Sequence record: ON287370.1
Strand: one strand, 5' to 3'
Length of the DNA stretch: 64,000 nt
Position 1 is the first letter of the stretch; the number at the start of each line of letters is the position of its first letter. Positions 28,987 through 37,801 of the stretch are shown piece after piece. A model generated the notes under the pieces. That model searched no databases. It worked only from the letters and a program-made list of their open reading frames with translations, and was not told where the DNA came from. Position numbers and translations under genes: made by a program.

Positions 28987-29471
28987 TACTTACCAGCCAA
29001 ACGCTGCACGATGCCGCGAAGTGTATTGATTACAGCAGTGACCTGTTGTTCATTAGATTTGAACATAAACGACTGACGTTCACCACGATGTTCAAACATC
29101 TGGATGATGATACGCTCGCCGTCTTTGAATTCAGCAATTTCCAGTGTAATGTTTTTCACCGGGGAACAGAAACGGTATTCATTCACTGGCTTCAAATTAG
29201 GCATTCCCGTTTCCCATTCGATGAGATGGGGAAGACCGTACAGCTTGAGACCTTTGATTTCTTCCAGACGTTCCAGAAGTTGATAAGCGATCCAGCGGAT
29301 TTGAGCAGGTGTGTCGCCAGCAATATTGAAGGTGATGTCTTCACCACGAACTTTATATTTACGACGTTCAGGTTTTGCTTTGATAGAAGGAATGTAATGT
29401 TTGCTGGACATGATCTGTTGGAAAGGAACAGTGTTGTGGAATTCAGATACTGCTTGGATTGAATTAGTCAT
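28986..29471 (-). CDS. Hypothetical protein
   Basis: 161-aa ORF with leader ATATAGAGAGAAAGAAAATG. Confidence 0.6.
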   Translation of the reverse strand: MTNSIQAVSEFHNTVPFQQIMSSKHYIPSIKAKPERRKYKVRGEDITFNIAGDTPAQIRWIAYQLLERLEEIKGLKLYGLPHLIEWETGMPNLKPVNEYRFCSPVKNITLEIAEFKDGERIIIQMFEHRGERQSFMFKSNEQQVTAVINTLRGIVQRLAGK

Positions 29472-29500
29472 TTTCTTTCTCTCTATATTAAAGGGTTAAA

Positions 29501-29740
29501 TTACTTGGTTGGAATAATTGGTTTGATTGAGTTACGTGCGTATAGCAATTTGGTACGGATATAAGATTTATATTCCGCATCAGTCATGTCGGTGTACAAG
29601 TCAATCTTTTCCTGAATGGTCTCAACCAGATCAAAGTCATAGTTCATGGCTTTCTCTAGCTTATCTTCCAGCTCGGTAATACGTTCTTCACGAGTCATTG
29701 ACATTAACTGCTCGATACGACCAATAGGTTCTTTACACAT
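29501..29740 (-). CDS. Hypothetical protein, first gene downstream of a promoter-like motif
   Basis: 79-aa ORF with a GAGGTGG SD. Confidence 0.6.
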   Translation of the reverse strand: MCKEPIGRIEQLMSMTREERITELEDKLEKAMNYDFDLVETIQEKIDLYTDMTDAEYKSYIRTKLLYARNSIKPIIPTK

Positions 29741-29778
29741 CGTCCACCTCTATAAGTTAATTAAAAATTGTTTACTTA

Positions 29779-29794
29779 TACACTTAGATAATAT
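29779..29794 (-). promoter_or_regulatory. Putative phage RNAP promoter, ATATTATC-N4-TGTA (copy 1)
   Basis: The same motif and spacing occur at 39243-39258 and 48241-48256. All three are intergenic and upstream of - strand genes. The motif resembles the phiKZ early consensus TATATTAC. Confidence 0.6.
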
Positions 29795-29825
29795 AAGTCC
29801 AAAAATAAATACAAATGAATATGAA

Positions 29826-29851
29826 CCTCTACTCCCGTTAAGGAGTAGAGG
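29826..29851 (-). terminator. Hairpin terminator
   Basis: CCTCTACTCC-CGTTAA-GGAGTAGAGG forms a 10-bp stem just downstream of the stop at 29863. Confidence 0.7.
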
Positions 29852-29862
29852 CTACATTAGTA

Positions 29863-30555
29863 TTAATGAATCGAGTAATCTTCCTGAGGAAGGATAACGT
29901 AAACACCCTTGTCATTATTGAACAACAAGTAATCCCCTTTACGAGGAAGATATTTACGATGACGATAATGAAGTAGTTTATCTAATTCAATTTCGTATTC
30001 TTTACCTTCACACTGGATGAAACAAGAGTTAATCTTGGGTTGATCATAGTCTTCAATCACACCGATGTATTCCGACTCTTTGGTAGCTTGCAACTCACCC
30101 ACAACGAAACCATTACAAATAGGTTCCAAAGTAATGCGAGTAACCACATGCTTGTCATCATCAGAACGTAACTCAAAAGAGTACTTCGGCAGTGGCTTGC
30201 CAACGAAAGAACATTCTTCCTTGATACCTTGAATGAACTTCACCCAACGTTCACGACCAACGGTATACTCTTCATTGATTGAACTGTTCAGATGAGGTGT
30301 CATGTCCAGGTCCATCAGGTATTCGATCGCTTGGTCAAATGCACAGGTGTCATAACCCTTATAAGGTTTCATACACCCAACATCGCCAGAAAGAATAACT
30401 TTGATCATCCCTAACCATCCAGAACCCATACCAGGAGCACGGAAGTCAACCTTCCCTTCCCCTGATACGTGAACGAACAAGTTACCGAATGAATGCATCA
30501 ACTTAGTAATTTCTTCACTAACTTGTGCATTTATAACAGCAGTTGTTGTTCCCAT
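29863..30555 (-). CDS. Hypothetical protein
   Basis: 230-aa ORF tiling in the operon. Confidence 0.6.
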   Translation of the reverse strand: MGTTTAVINAQVSEEITKLMHSFGNLFVHVSGEGKVDFRAPGMGSGWLGMIKVILSGDVGCMKPYKGYDTCAFDQAIEYLMDLDMTPHLNSSINEEYTVGRERWVKFIQGIKEECSFVGKPLPKYSFELRSDDDKHVVTRITLEPICNGFVVGELQATKESEYIGVIEDYDQPKINSCFIQCEGKEYEIELDKLLHYRHRKYLPRKGDYLLFNNDKGVYVILPQEDYSIH

Positions 30556-30566
30556 ACGCTTACCTA

Positions 30567-31952
30567 TTACATTGTTGTCAGATTCGTTAACTCCACGTAA
30601 ATACCAATACGTGATTTAATTTGCTCAATTAAAGCATTGACAATTGCTTCACCATTTTTACCGATTGGTTGTTTACCGTATTTGAAGCCAAAGATAGCTT
30701 TAGCCGCACGGTTCCACAACATAGTTCCACGATAATGAGCACCAGTATTTAGAACACCGATACCGAAGTTATTGTTGTATGGTCCGTATCCACCACCTAA
30801 TGAAACTTCCTGTGGTTGTTTACTAGGAGTAGGATATGCTTCACCTTTGTCAACAGGGAAGAATTCAGAAGCCATAAATACTTCACCACCAACCAGAATA
30901 TCAAACTTACCAATCTTAACAAAAGGAATTGTAGTCAGACCAGAGAAATAACCATAGTCGATACCTTTACCGATGTTAATACATGGCTCAGTCCAACTGT
31001 TGGAAATATCTTCCCACTTAGAAAGATTATCTCCCAGGTTAGAGAATTGTCCTTCAAAAGAAACCAGTCTGGTATTTTTAATTTCCAGAGATGGTGCGGT
31101 AACACCATGACGAGACCAACCATTGAGGGAGAACTTGGCACTACGGTATGAATCAACATCGATCAGATTGATTCGATTGAAACCGCCGATACGAGCTTCT
31201 TCAAGTTTAGTCTTGGTCAGATTGATATATTGGGTATTATTACCCAGAATAGATGTGTCAGTCAGAACTGACGATGTAAGGGTGACATTAGAATCCGAAC
31301 TAACGCACGATGTGGTCAAGATCGCTTTCTTAAGTTCTACGTATTGCGGGGTAGTAATATAAGAGTTGTTCAGACTATTATATCCGCGAAGAACCAAATT
31401 ACGAGTCTCAATACTAGCACCACAGAGGATCAGTTTGGTAGGTCCAGTGATTTCACCTTCGCCTTCATCATACCAGCACCCATGATTATTGAGAGATTCA
31501 GCAACAACCAAAGATGAACCAGAGCTGATTAAGAATTCCACACCACCCAGTTTGAATCCAAACCATTTCATCTTGGCGACGTTATTAGCTTCACGCTGAC
31601 CATAGATCGCAGTATACCCACGCTCAGAGGACAGTGTGATCCCCATAGGTGAACAATATGGATCCATGGGTGGATCAATTTCTTTCAGTTCGATCATCTC
31701 ACCGGCGATGGTAACCAATGGATATTCCTTTAAAGAATCTGGTCGAGCCAATTCACCTTCACGACCTTGAGCGACATTCAAACCGAAAGTATCTTTCTTC
31801 ATTAAATCTGAACCACCGTCAAATGAATCATCGGAGGCCAGACCAACTTCACAGTTTTGAATTTCTTCCAGAGTTGGCATCTTGACATCCTTTTGCAGTT
31901 CAGTGGTTACTTTGGCATCGGCCTGAGTTTCTTTCTTTACTTTCTTAGTCAT
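30567..31952 (-). CDS. Hypothetical protein with a central S/T/L-rich, possibly beta-helical segment
   Basis: 461-aa ORF with periodic L/I-x-x-S/T patterns in the middle; the fold is a guess. Confidence 0.55.
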   Translation of the reverse strand: MTKKVKKETQADAKVTTELQKDVKMPTLEEIQNCEVGLASDDSFDGGSDLMKKDTFGLNVAQGREGELARPDSLKEYPLVTIAGEMIELKEIDPPMDPYCSPMGITLSSERGYTAIYGQREANNVAKMKWFGFKLGGVEFLISSGSSLVVAESLNNHGCWYDEGEGEITGPTKLILCGASIETRNLVLRGYNSLNNSYITTPQYVELKKAILTTSCVSSDSNVTLTSSVLTDTSILGNNTQYINLTKTKLEEARIGGFNRINLIDVDSYRSAKFSLNGWSRHGVTAPSLEIKNTRLVSFEGQFSNLGDNLSKWEDISNSWTEPCINIGKGIDYGYFSGLTTIPFVKIGKFDILVGGEVFMASEFFPVDKGEAYPTPSKQPQEVSLGGGYGPYNNNFGIGVLNTGAHYRGTMLWNRAAKAIFGFKYGKQPIGKNGEAIVNALIEQIKSRIGIYVELTNLTTM

Positions 31953-32163
31953 TTGCTGGAACCTCTTTAAAAGTTTTCATGAATTGCTTCTTGGTAAGAA
32001 CACAAGGGGTAAACATCTCAGGTAAAACATCAGTAGTCTCCAGGTTCTGATGTAGTACCATCTCAGTACGATAGTTCTTACCGTAAAGTCCGATACCAAA
32101 TACCTTAAATGGGATACCTGATTCATTCAGATAAGTTTCCCCAACTACTAACTTTTTCAACAT
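31945..32163 (-). CDS. Hypothetical protein
   Basis: 72-aa ORF overlapping the start of the next gene. Confidence 0.55.
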   Translation of the reverse strand: MLKKLVVGETYLNESGIPFKVFGIGLYGKNYRTEMVLHQNLETTDVLPEMFTPCVLTKKQFMKTFKEVPAND

Positions 32164-32183
32164 AAATAAAATACCTAATTAAT

Positions 32184-32213
32184 AATCAGGCATCCATTTC
32201 TGGACACCTGATT
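32184..32213 (-). terminator. GAAA-tetraloop hairpin
   Basis: On the - strand it reads AATCAGGTGTCCA-GAAA-TGGATGCCTGATT. It is fully paired only on this strand, using two G-U pairs. Confidence 0.7.
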
Positions 32214-32245
32214 CATATTTTAGTTTACTTTAACGAGAGTAGTTA

Positions 32246-32701
32246 TTACTCTTCTTTCAGTGCATCTTCCAGTTTCTTTTGCAGTTCTTCAACGCGAGTA
32301 TGAACACCAGTAGAATACATGTTAACACTCAGCTTAACTGCCTGAATCAGACGAGGATCAAAAGCAACACCACCGCTACGCTTAGGTTCTTTCTGGAACC
32401 CGCAGCATTGTAGAGCATGTTCGATATGACGGTCAGAGAAATCCAGTGGAATCAGAATACGGCTCTTGGCTTCTTCGATCACCATAGCTTCGTCCACATC
32501 TGCCATTTGAACCAGTTTCATATAGCTGTCTTTGATACCTTTCCCTTCATCAGGAATGGCTGGGATACCACGTACTTTAACAGGACCAGTTTTAGTGGCC
32601 GGGTTATAAGTAACATGACGATGCTTACGAGCCAGCTTCTGTTTCTCATCTTCAGGTTGACCGAAGAACCATTTGACGCCATTTAAGATTGCTTTAAACA
32701 T
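32246..32701 (-). CDS. Hypothetical protein
   Basis: 151-aa ORF with an AAGGAA SD. Confidence 0.6.
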   Translation of the reverse strand: MFKAILNGVKWFFGQPEDEKQKLARKHRHVTYNPATKTGPVKVRGIPAIPDEGKGIKDSYMKLVQMADVDEAMVIEEAKSRILIPLDFSDRHIEHALQCCGFQKEPKRSGGVAFDPRLIQAVKLSVNMYSTGVHTRVEELQKKLEDALKEE

Positions 32702-32713
32702 TTGCTATTCCTT

Positions 32714-33004
32714 TTAATTAAAAGTGCGTTTATTAACGATGGTTACAGCAATGTGGTCACTGTAAATACACAAGACACCATTACGGTATCCTCCAGTTGG
32801 TCCCGTGGCATTAAACAAATAACCACGACCATCTTTACAACCAGGAACTTGTCCGGTGACATGAACCTGTTGATAACCTAAACTCTCCAGCTTACGTTTA
32901 GGTTCGTTCTCCAACCAAGACATTGCAAAGGCTACCAGAACCACTGCACACAATCCTGCGCCTATGAACATCCAAGTGAGTTTATTATATTTAAGCCCCG
33001 GCAT
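32714..33004 (-). CDS. Membrane-anchored small protein (paralog of 34596-34883)
   Basis: An N-terminal TM helix is followed by LESLGYQQVHV...C...FNATGPTGGYRNGVLC. Confidence 0.6.
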   Translation of the reverse strand: MPGLKYNKLTWMFIGAGLCAVVLVAFAMSWLENEPKRKLESLGYQQVHVTGQVPGCKDGRGYLFNATGPTGGYRNGVLCIYSDHIAVTIVNKRTFN

Positions 33005-33353
33005 TAATTTCTCCTACACGGATAACAAATGGACGTTCTTTGGGATCATCAGTAATAAAGTTAATGATAAATTTATTACCCCCAAAGCTGCGAGAATCGA
33101 GATACCCTTCAAGGGTGTATTCCGTGTCACGGGGAATAGGCTGCGGTTCTCGATCTTTCATGCCGAATTGGAAACCAGCCCAGTCGATAGGCATGGGGAT
33201 CTTTTCAAAATGGAAGGCGTGACCTGCAATGATCAATTTAGCCAACCCATTCTTGACTTCCAGAGTTGCGGTTCTTAAATCAAGGTTCTTAGCCCCCGTC
33301 CAATCAATTTCATTGGCATTGATAGATTCTGGCAAGTATTTATTAGCACGCAT
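32991..33353 (-). CDS. Hypothetical protein
   Basis: 120-aa ORF with a GAAGGT SD. Confidence 0.55.
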   Translation of the reverse strand: MRANKYLPESINANEIDWTGAKNLDLRTATLEVKNGLAKLIIAGHAFHFEKIPMPIDWAGFQFGMKDREPQPIPRDTEYTLEGYLDSRSFGGNKFIINFITDDPKERPFVIRVGEINAGA

Positions 33354-33376
33354 ATTTTATTACCTTCTATAGTTTA

Positions 33377-33406
33377 AGAGAACCTACCGGTTAAGGTAGG
33401 TTCTCT
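33377..33406 (-). terminator. Hairpin terminator, near-identical stem to 25063-25093
   Basis: AGAGAACCTACC-GGTTAA-GGTAGGTTCTCT. Confidence 0.75.
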
Positions 33407-33414
33407 ATTAGGGT

Positions 33415-33555
33415 TTACTTTTTCTTTTCTTGTGCTTTGTCAGCGTCATTAAACTCTTTACCCACTGACTGAGGTACACCAACTTTCTTGGCAAACTCAG
33501 GGGAGTGGGCAACAGCACGCATAAACTTAGCTTGTTTTTCAGATGAACTTGGCAT
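33415..33555 (-). CDS. 46-aa small protein missed by the ORF track (MPSSSEKQAKFMRAVAHSPEFAKKVGVPQSVGKEFNDADKAQEKKK)
   Basis: Translated by hand. It has a strong SD (AAGGAG) and its stop lies directly before the terminator. It resembles a short phage protein type I recall (MPS.S..Q..FM.A.AH...FAKKVG.PQSVGK.F); that recall is unverified. Confidence 0.8.
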   Translation of the reverse strand: MPSSSEKQAKFMRAVAHSPEFAKKVGVPQSVGKEFNDADKAQEKKK

Positions 33556-33577
33556 GGTATTCTCCTTTAACAAAGAA

Positions 33578-33805
33578 TTACCAGGTCAATGCATCACTCG
33601 TGTACAGATGAAGTATAATTACACCTGCATAGGTAATAACATTAACCCACAGGGATTGTTTAACCTTTTTGATCTCTTTCTCTAACTTGGGTTTATTATC
33701 CCAATAAAGACGAAGAACTTTTTGGCCTTCAATAATGTTCATTAAACCAAACATAATAAACAGTGTGGAGATAATGATGATGTTGATGATTAAACCTTCG
33801 AACAT
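33578..33805 (-). CDS. Small membrane protein, 2 TM
   Basis: Two hydrophobic helices flank a basic loop. Confidence 0.6.
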   Translation of the reverse strand: MFEGLIINIIIISTLFIMFGLMNIIEGQKVLRLYWDNKPKLEKEIKKVKQSLWVNVITYAGVIILHLYTSDALTW

Positions 33806-33809
33806 TTGT

Positions 33810-34151
33810 TTATCCTTTTAATACTTCAGAAACCCAAGCATCCATGAGATTCGAGAATGGTTTCCCTACTATCTCAACATATGAAAACACTATAGGGATG
33901 CGTTCAATATGAGGGAGATGACGGTATTTACAATTTACCAGCTTACCAGTCCTGGTATCGTAATACCGAGTCGAGCGTTTAATCGCGATCTTCAACCGGC
34001 GTTTAGAAAGAGATTTTAACTTACCCTTATTAAACTCACCAAATTCACAGAGTAGTTGAAGTTTATTAAGAAGTCCTTCAGTCTCACGGATGGCAGCAAC
34101 TGTATTAGCCACCTTCTGAGCTGCCCTATTTGCCTTTACAGATTCTGTCAT
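33810..34151 (-). CDS. Basic hypothetical protein
   Basis: 113-aa ORF with an ATGA overlap. Confidence 0.55.
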   Translation of the reverse strand: MTESVKANRAAQKVANTVAAIRETEGLLNKLQLLCEFGEFNKGKLKSLSKRRLKIAIKRSTRYYDTRTGKLVNCKYRHLPHIERIPIVFSYVEIVGKPFSNLMDAWVSEVLKG

Positions 34152-34381
34152 CTCAGTTTACCTTCTTTACGTAAACGATTTTGTTTGACTTGTTGGAGAC
34201 CAAACCACCAAGCCATAATTGCGGTAAAGACAATAACTATAAATCCAGTTAGTTTATCGAACTTACTCATCCCAGGATGGATAATGAAACCACCTACTGT
34301 AGATAAAGCTAAGATCGAATAAACCAGAGCCAGGATGCCAGAACAGTACTTACCCATGAAATTTAACATAATTAAAACCAC
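34148..34381 (-). CDS. Small membrane protein, 2 TM
   Basis: Two hydrophobic segments and a basic C-terminal tail; the start may be at 34369. Confidence 0.55.
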   Translation of the reverse strand: MVLIMLNFMGKYCSGILALVYSILALSTVGGFIIHPGMSKFDKLTGFIVIVFTAIMAWWFGLQQVKQNRLRKEGKLR

Positions 34382-34599
34382 TTATCAGGAGAAGGGAATA
34401 AACGATCCAATTGCTTTTCGAATACCCCATATATAAATCCGAATACTCCAACCGCAAAGAGCAAAGTGAATAGAATTAAGCCCATGGGTTCGTGAATAAC
34501 ATCGGGACCGTCGGCGACATACTCATACATACCAAATGCACCGACACATATTGCAAGTAAACTTGCGAATATGGACATCAAACGAAAATGACACATCAC
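34372..34599 (-). CDS. Small membrane protein, 2 TM
   Basis: Two hydrophobic segments. Confidence 0.55.
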   Translation of the reverse strand: MMCHFRLMSIFASLLAICVGAFGMYEYVADGPDVIHEPMGLILFTLLFAVGVFGFIYGVFEKQLDRLFPSPDKWF

Positions 34600-34883
34600 T
34601 TCCCCCGATAGGTTATGTTGATAGTCTGTTCCATGTACTGGGGAGTGCAGTAGCCTCCTTTGACTACTTCGTCATTAGGAGATACTGCTCGGAAAGTTCG
34701 GCAAGGTCCAAAGATCCCTTCACCTAAGTTTTGAACAGTCTTCTCCAACACGATGTCATGGTAGCCACGTAGTTCCAGCACAGTTACAATTTGATCATCG
34801 GGAAGGTTGACACTTTCAGGTACCCAACAAGCATTGAGTAACATAGAACAGAAAAACACTAAGGAGAACGATAACCATTTCAT
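34596..34883 (-). CDS. Putative lipoprotein (paralog of 32714-33004)
   Basis: Signal peptide with lipobox-like LLNA-C, then LELRGYHDIVL...C...FRAVSPNDEVVKGGYC. Confidence 0.6.
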   Translation of the reverse strand: MKWLSFSLVFFCSMLLNACWVPESVNLPDDQIVTVLELRGYHDIVLEKTVQNLGEGIFGPCRTFRAVSPNDEVVKGGYCTPQYMEQTINITYRGK

Positions 34884-35665
34884 TATTTACGTCCTTTACG
34901 AGTACGAGCTTCTGGCCAGGATTTACCTTTGCCATTATCAACTAACTTCTGCCGGCTATTACCACGAACAGTCATTGGTCGGTCATCTTCGAACTGCACA
35001 CACCCAGCAAGGAAGTTATTATTCCAATGAATGTCACTAGGGTGGGAAACAATATTGACACCCTTTAGTTCTGCAAGAAGTTCTTTCCAATTAGGGCGAC
35101 CGTATGGTCCGGGACCGATTAGGGCAATCTTAGTCTTACATTCAGAAGTCAGCGAATCAATGATATTCAATGTCCCACGCTTAATTCCGCCAGTCAAACC
35201 TTCGCGATCAAACTTGGACATGTATTTACGAACCAACATACTGGAACGAGTACTGGCATTCATGGTGATTTTCTCACCTACCAAGCGATCATGACAAAGG
35301 AACACAATGATCCCACTTTTATGATTGAAGCGCCAGTGGCGAGGGTGTAACCACCCTTTGTCCTCTACGAATACCGATATCTCAGAGCAACACGCTTGAA
35401 TAGGGGTAAGATACTCCCAACTCATGTACAGATCTTCGACTTCCTTAGAGTATTCGATTTCAGGGAAGATGTCATTCCACTGAAGGAGTTGCTCTACAGT
35501 CAACTGACCTTTTAGTGCCGCTTCTGACGAGTTCATAGAGCCATAACGACTATTGAAAGTGATCATGTCTTCAATTTTCTTCTGACGAAGTTCTTCATGA
35601 GTGGGGTACACACGACCATTAGTGTTTACTTCACCCAGTTTACCTGCATCTAATTTAATTTCCAT
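34883..35665 (-). CDS. Hypothetical protein
   Basis: 260-aa ORF whose leader is identical to that of 28986-29471. Confidence 0.6.
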   Translation of the reverse strand: MEIKLDAGKLGEVNTNGRVYPTHEELRQKKIEDMITFNSRYGSMNSSEAALKGQLTVEQLLQWNDIFPEIEYSKEVEDLYMSWEYLTPIQACCSEISVFVEDKGWLHPRHWRFNHKSGIIVFLCHDRLVGEKITMNASTRSSMLVRKYMSKFDREGLTGGIKRGTLNIIDSLTSECKTKIALIGPGPYGRPNWKELLAELKGVNIVSHPSDIHWNNNFLAGCVQFEDDRPMTVRGNSRQKLVDNGKGKSWPEARTRKGRK

Positions 35666-35700
35666 TTTCTTTCTCTCTATATTTGGTTGGATAATTTAAT

Positions 35701-35722
35701 TAGAGGAGATATTTCTCCTCTA
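35701..35722 (-). terminator. Hairpin
   Basis: TAGAGGAGA-TATT-TCTCCTCTA forms a 9-bp stem between genes. Confidence 0.6.
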
Positions 35723-35729
35723 AAGGTTA

Positions 35730-36425
35730 TTAAGACAGACTGATGGCCGCACCAGGCATGATAGTGAAGAACAGATCATTAGGATCGAACGGTTCATCAG
35801 TTACAACATGTCTAACCAGAGTTTTGACTGTATCGTAGCAAACATACACAGTGCTATTAGCCACTGCAGCATGACTGCGATTCTTTTCCAGGTAGAGGTC
35901 AGTAACCGCCTGAATACGTTCTTCCAACGCTAGTGTCAGCTTGAACGCCAGAGTAGGGACATGAGCTACAACAAACCCATTATAGACTGCCTTAGTTAAA
36001 TAGAGTTTGAAGTATTCCGCATAGACTGGCGTGATCTCAGCAGGAGTAGGAATAAACTTCAGCCAGTTACCTGATGCTGCTTGAATACGGTCAGTCAAAG
36101 ATTTCATTTGTTCATCGATTGAAATACCATGGTTAACCAATCCAGCAACGGCATTCAAACGGAAATTCTGAAATGCATCATTAGGGATATTCATTTCTTT
36201 CAAACGAGCCATTGGCGTACCTGGTTCAAGGTGGTATTTGAATTCACCATTCACAACACGACCTTTAACAACATTGAAAGAAATCTTGTCAGCATTGAGA
36301 TATTTGATACCATCAATCTCAATATGATCAACAGTCTGTAAACTACGAGGGATCACGATGTTGATGTTTTTATCTTTAGCCAGCTGGCGACATTCTTCAA
36401 ACAGTTTCTTCATGCGATCGTTCAT
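35730..36425 (-). CDS. Hypothetical protein
   Basis: 231-aa ORF. Confidence 0.6.
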   Translation of the reverse strand: MNDRMKKLFEECRQLAKDKNINIVIPRSLQTVDHIEIDGIKYLNADKISFNVVKGRVVNGEFKYHLEPGTPMARLKEMNIPNDAFQNFRLNAVAGLVNHGISIDEQMKSLTDRIQAASGNWLKFIPTPAEITPVYAEYFKLYLTKAVYNGFVVAHVPTLAFKLTLALEERIQAVTDLYLEKNRSHAAVANSTVYVCYDTVKTLVRHVVTDEPFDPNDLFFTIMPGAAISLS

Positions 36426-36784
36426 TACTTGTTTCCTCTGTAAGCTGCAATTTTGGCATCACGTTCTTCTAAGAACTCTACGACGATATCGTGGAGGATA
36501 GAGAAATTGGTGGAAAGGGCTAATGCAGTATTAGGATGAATGAGCTTGACTACTTCATACATAGCCATGCGAACATATTCCCTAAACACGTCATCACGTT
36601 GAGTTTCAGATTCCTTGCTGGCAAGCCAATCAATGATACCACCAAATACGCGCTGGTTGGCATCAGGATAAACTTTCTTCAAACGCTCAATAACCAGACC
36701 TTTAACATAACTGTTATCAACAGCGACCTGTAGAGAGCCGCTAAGGTTAACTTGGGAACGACCTCTGGTTGAAATACCTTTCAT
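36425..36784 (-). CDS. Hypothetical protein
   Basis: 119-aa ORF with a GAGGAG SD. Confidence 0.65.
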   Translation of the reverse strand: MKGISTRGRSQVNLSGSLQVAVDNSYVKGLVIERLKKVYPDANQRVFGGIIDWLASKESETQRDDVFREYVRMAMYEVVKLIHPNTALALSTNFSILHDIVVEFLEERDAKIAAYRGNK

Positions 36785-36793
36785 GTTTGCTCC

Positions 36794-37774
36794 TCAAACG
36801 TTTTCGAAGATTTTACCTTGAACGTAGGCATGATTACCCATGATGTATGGACTGCGCTGAGATTTAGCCGCACCAGCCAATGGGTTGCGGAAAACTTGCT
36901 CATTACCCAGAGGTCTTTCAATCATGGAATAAACTTCCAGTACCTTATCTTCAGGCTGAGAAGCGAAGTAAGGAATGTAGATACCGCGTTTAGCTTCTGG
37001 AATACCGTGCTTGATAACCAGGGCTTCTGCTTTAGCATAATCTTCAGGTTGTTCGTTTTTGATCTTCATCAGGTTTTTATACTGACGAATCTTAACAATC
37101 AACTCTTCATTGTTAAGTAAACGACAATCTTCATCACGCCAGAACAGATTCACATCGGCTTCTTCATACTTCATCAATTCATCGAGACCAGGACGCGCAT
37201 CATCTTTGTCCACCATCATGCCGGTAACAGGAATGATTTTGAATTTGTCACCGGAACGATATTTATAGGCCCAGGCACCCAGAATGACTAACTTCTTATC
37301 TTCAGGGATTTGTGATAAGTGATAGAAAGTCTCACCACAATAAACCGGGTAGCGAGTACCGAACATTTCAATGTCACGAACGAGACGATCTTCACCTGTG
37401 AATGAATACTTCCGATCCAGACCATCAGGGATCAATGCGATAGTTGCTACTTCTGGATCATACACAGTACGACCATCTTCCAAATACCAAGCATCGGCAT
37501 TTGGACGACCGCGAGTAACTTCACCAGTTTTCAGTTTGAGTACATGGTTTTGCTTTAAACGCCAGCCAGTGAATGGAACTGATACACCAGTGATGAACGG
37601 GGAATAGTTCATCCCCAAATGTTCTTCATCTTTGATCAGTTCATCGGCTGCATAGAAGTTGAAGGTTTCAACCTGTGGTGGCATTGGGATATCGTCACCC
37701 ACAGCTTTTGGGTGTTTAACAACAACCATGCGTTTAGCTGGATTACCACCAGTGATTTTCTTTTTACGAGACAT
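36794..37774 (-). CDS. Hypothetical protein
   Basis: 326-aa ORF with a GAAGGA SD. Confidence 0.65.
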   Translation of the reverse strand: MSRKKKITGGNPAKRMVVVKHPKAVGDDIPMPPQVETFNFYAADELIKDEEHLGMNYSPFITGVSVPFTGWRLKQNHVLKLKTGEVTRGRPNADAWYLEDGRTVYDPEVATIALIPDGLDRKYSFTGEDRLVRDIEMFGTRYPVYCGETFYHLSQIPEDKKLVILGAWAYKYRSGDKFKIIPVTGMMVDKDDARPGLDELMKYEEADVNLFWRDEDCRLLNNEELIVKIRQYKNLMKIKNEQPEDYAKAEALVIKHGIPEAKRGIYIPYFASQPEDKVLEVYSMIERPLGNEQVFRNPLAGAAKSQRSPYIMGNHAYVQGKIFENV

Positions 37775-37801
37775 TTGGAATTCCTTCTAAGTTAGTTGAG
37801 A

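Noticed and set aside
31945-32163. Possible DUF1653-like small protein
   Set aside because: The resemblance is loose and the HYKG core is absent, so it is left as hypothetical.
35590-35665. GEVNTNGRVYP resembles the N-x-NGRVYP motif of T4 gp21-type prohead proteases
   Set aside because: It is a single short motif, and the rest of the 260-aa protein shows no matching His/Ser catalytic pattern.
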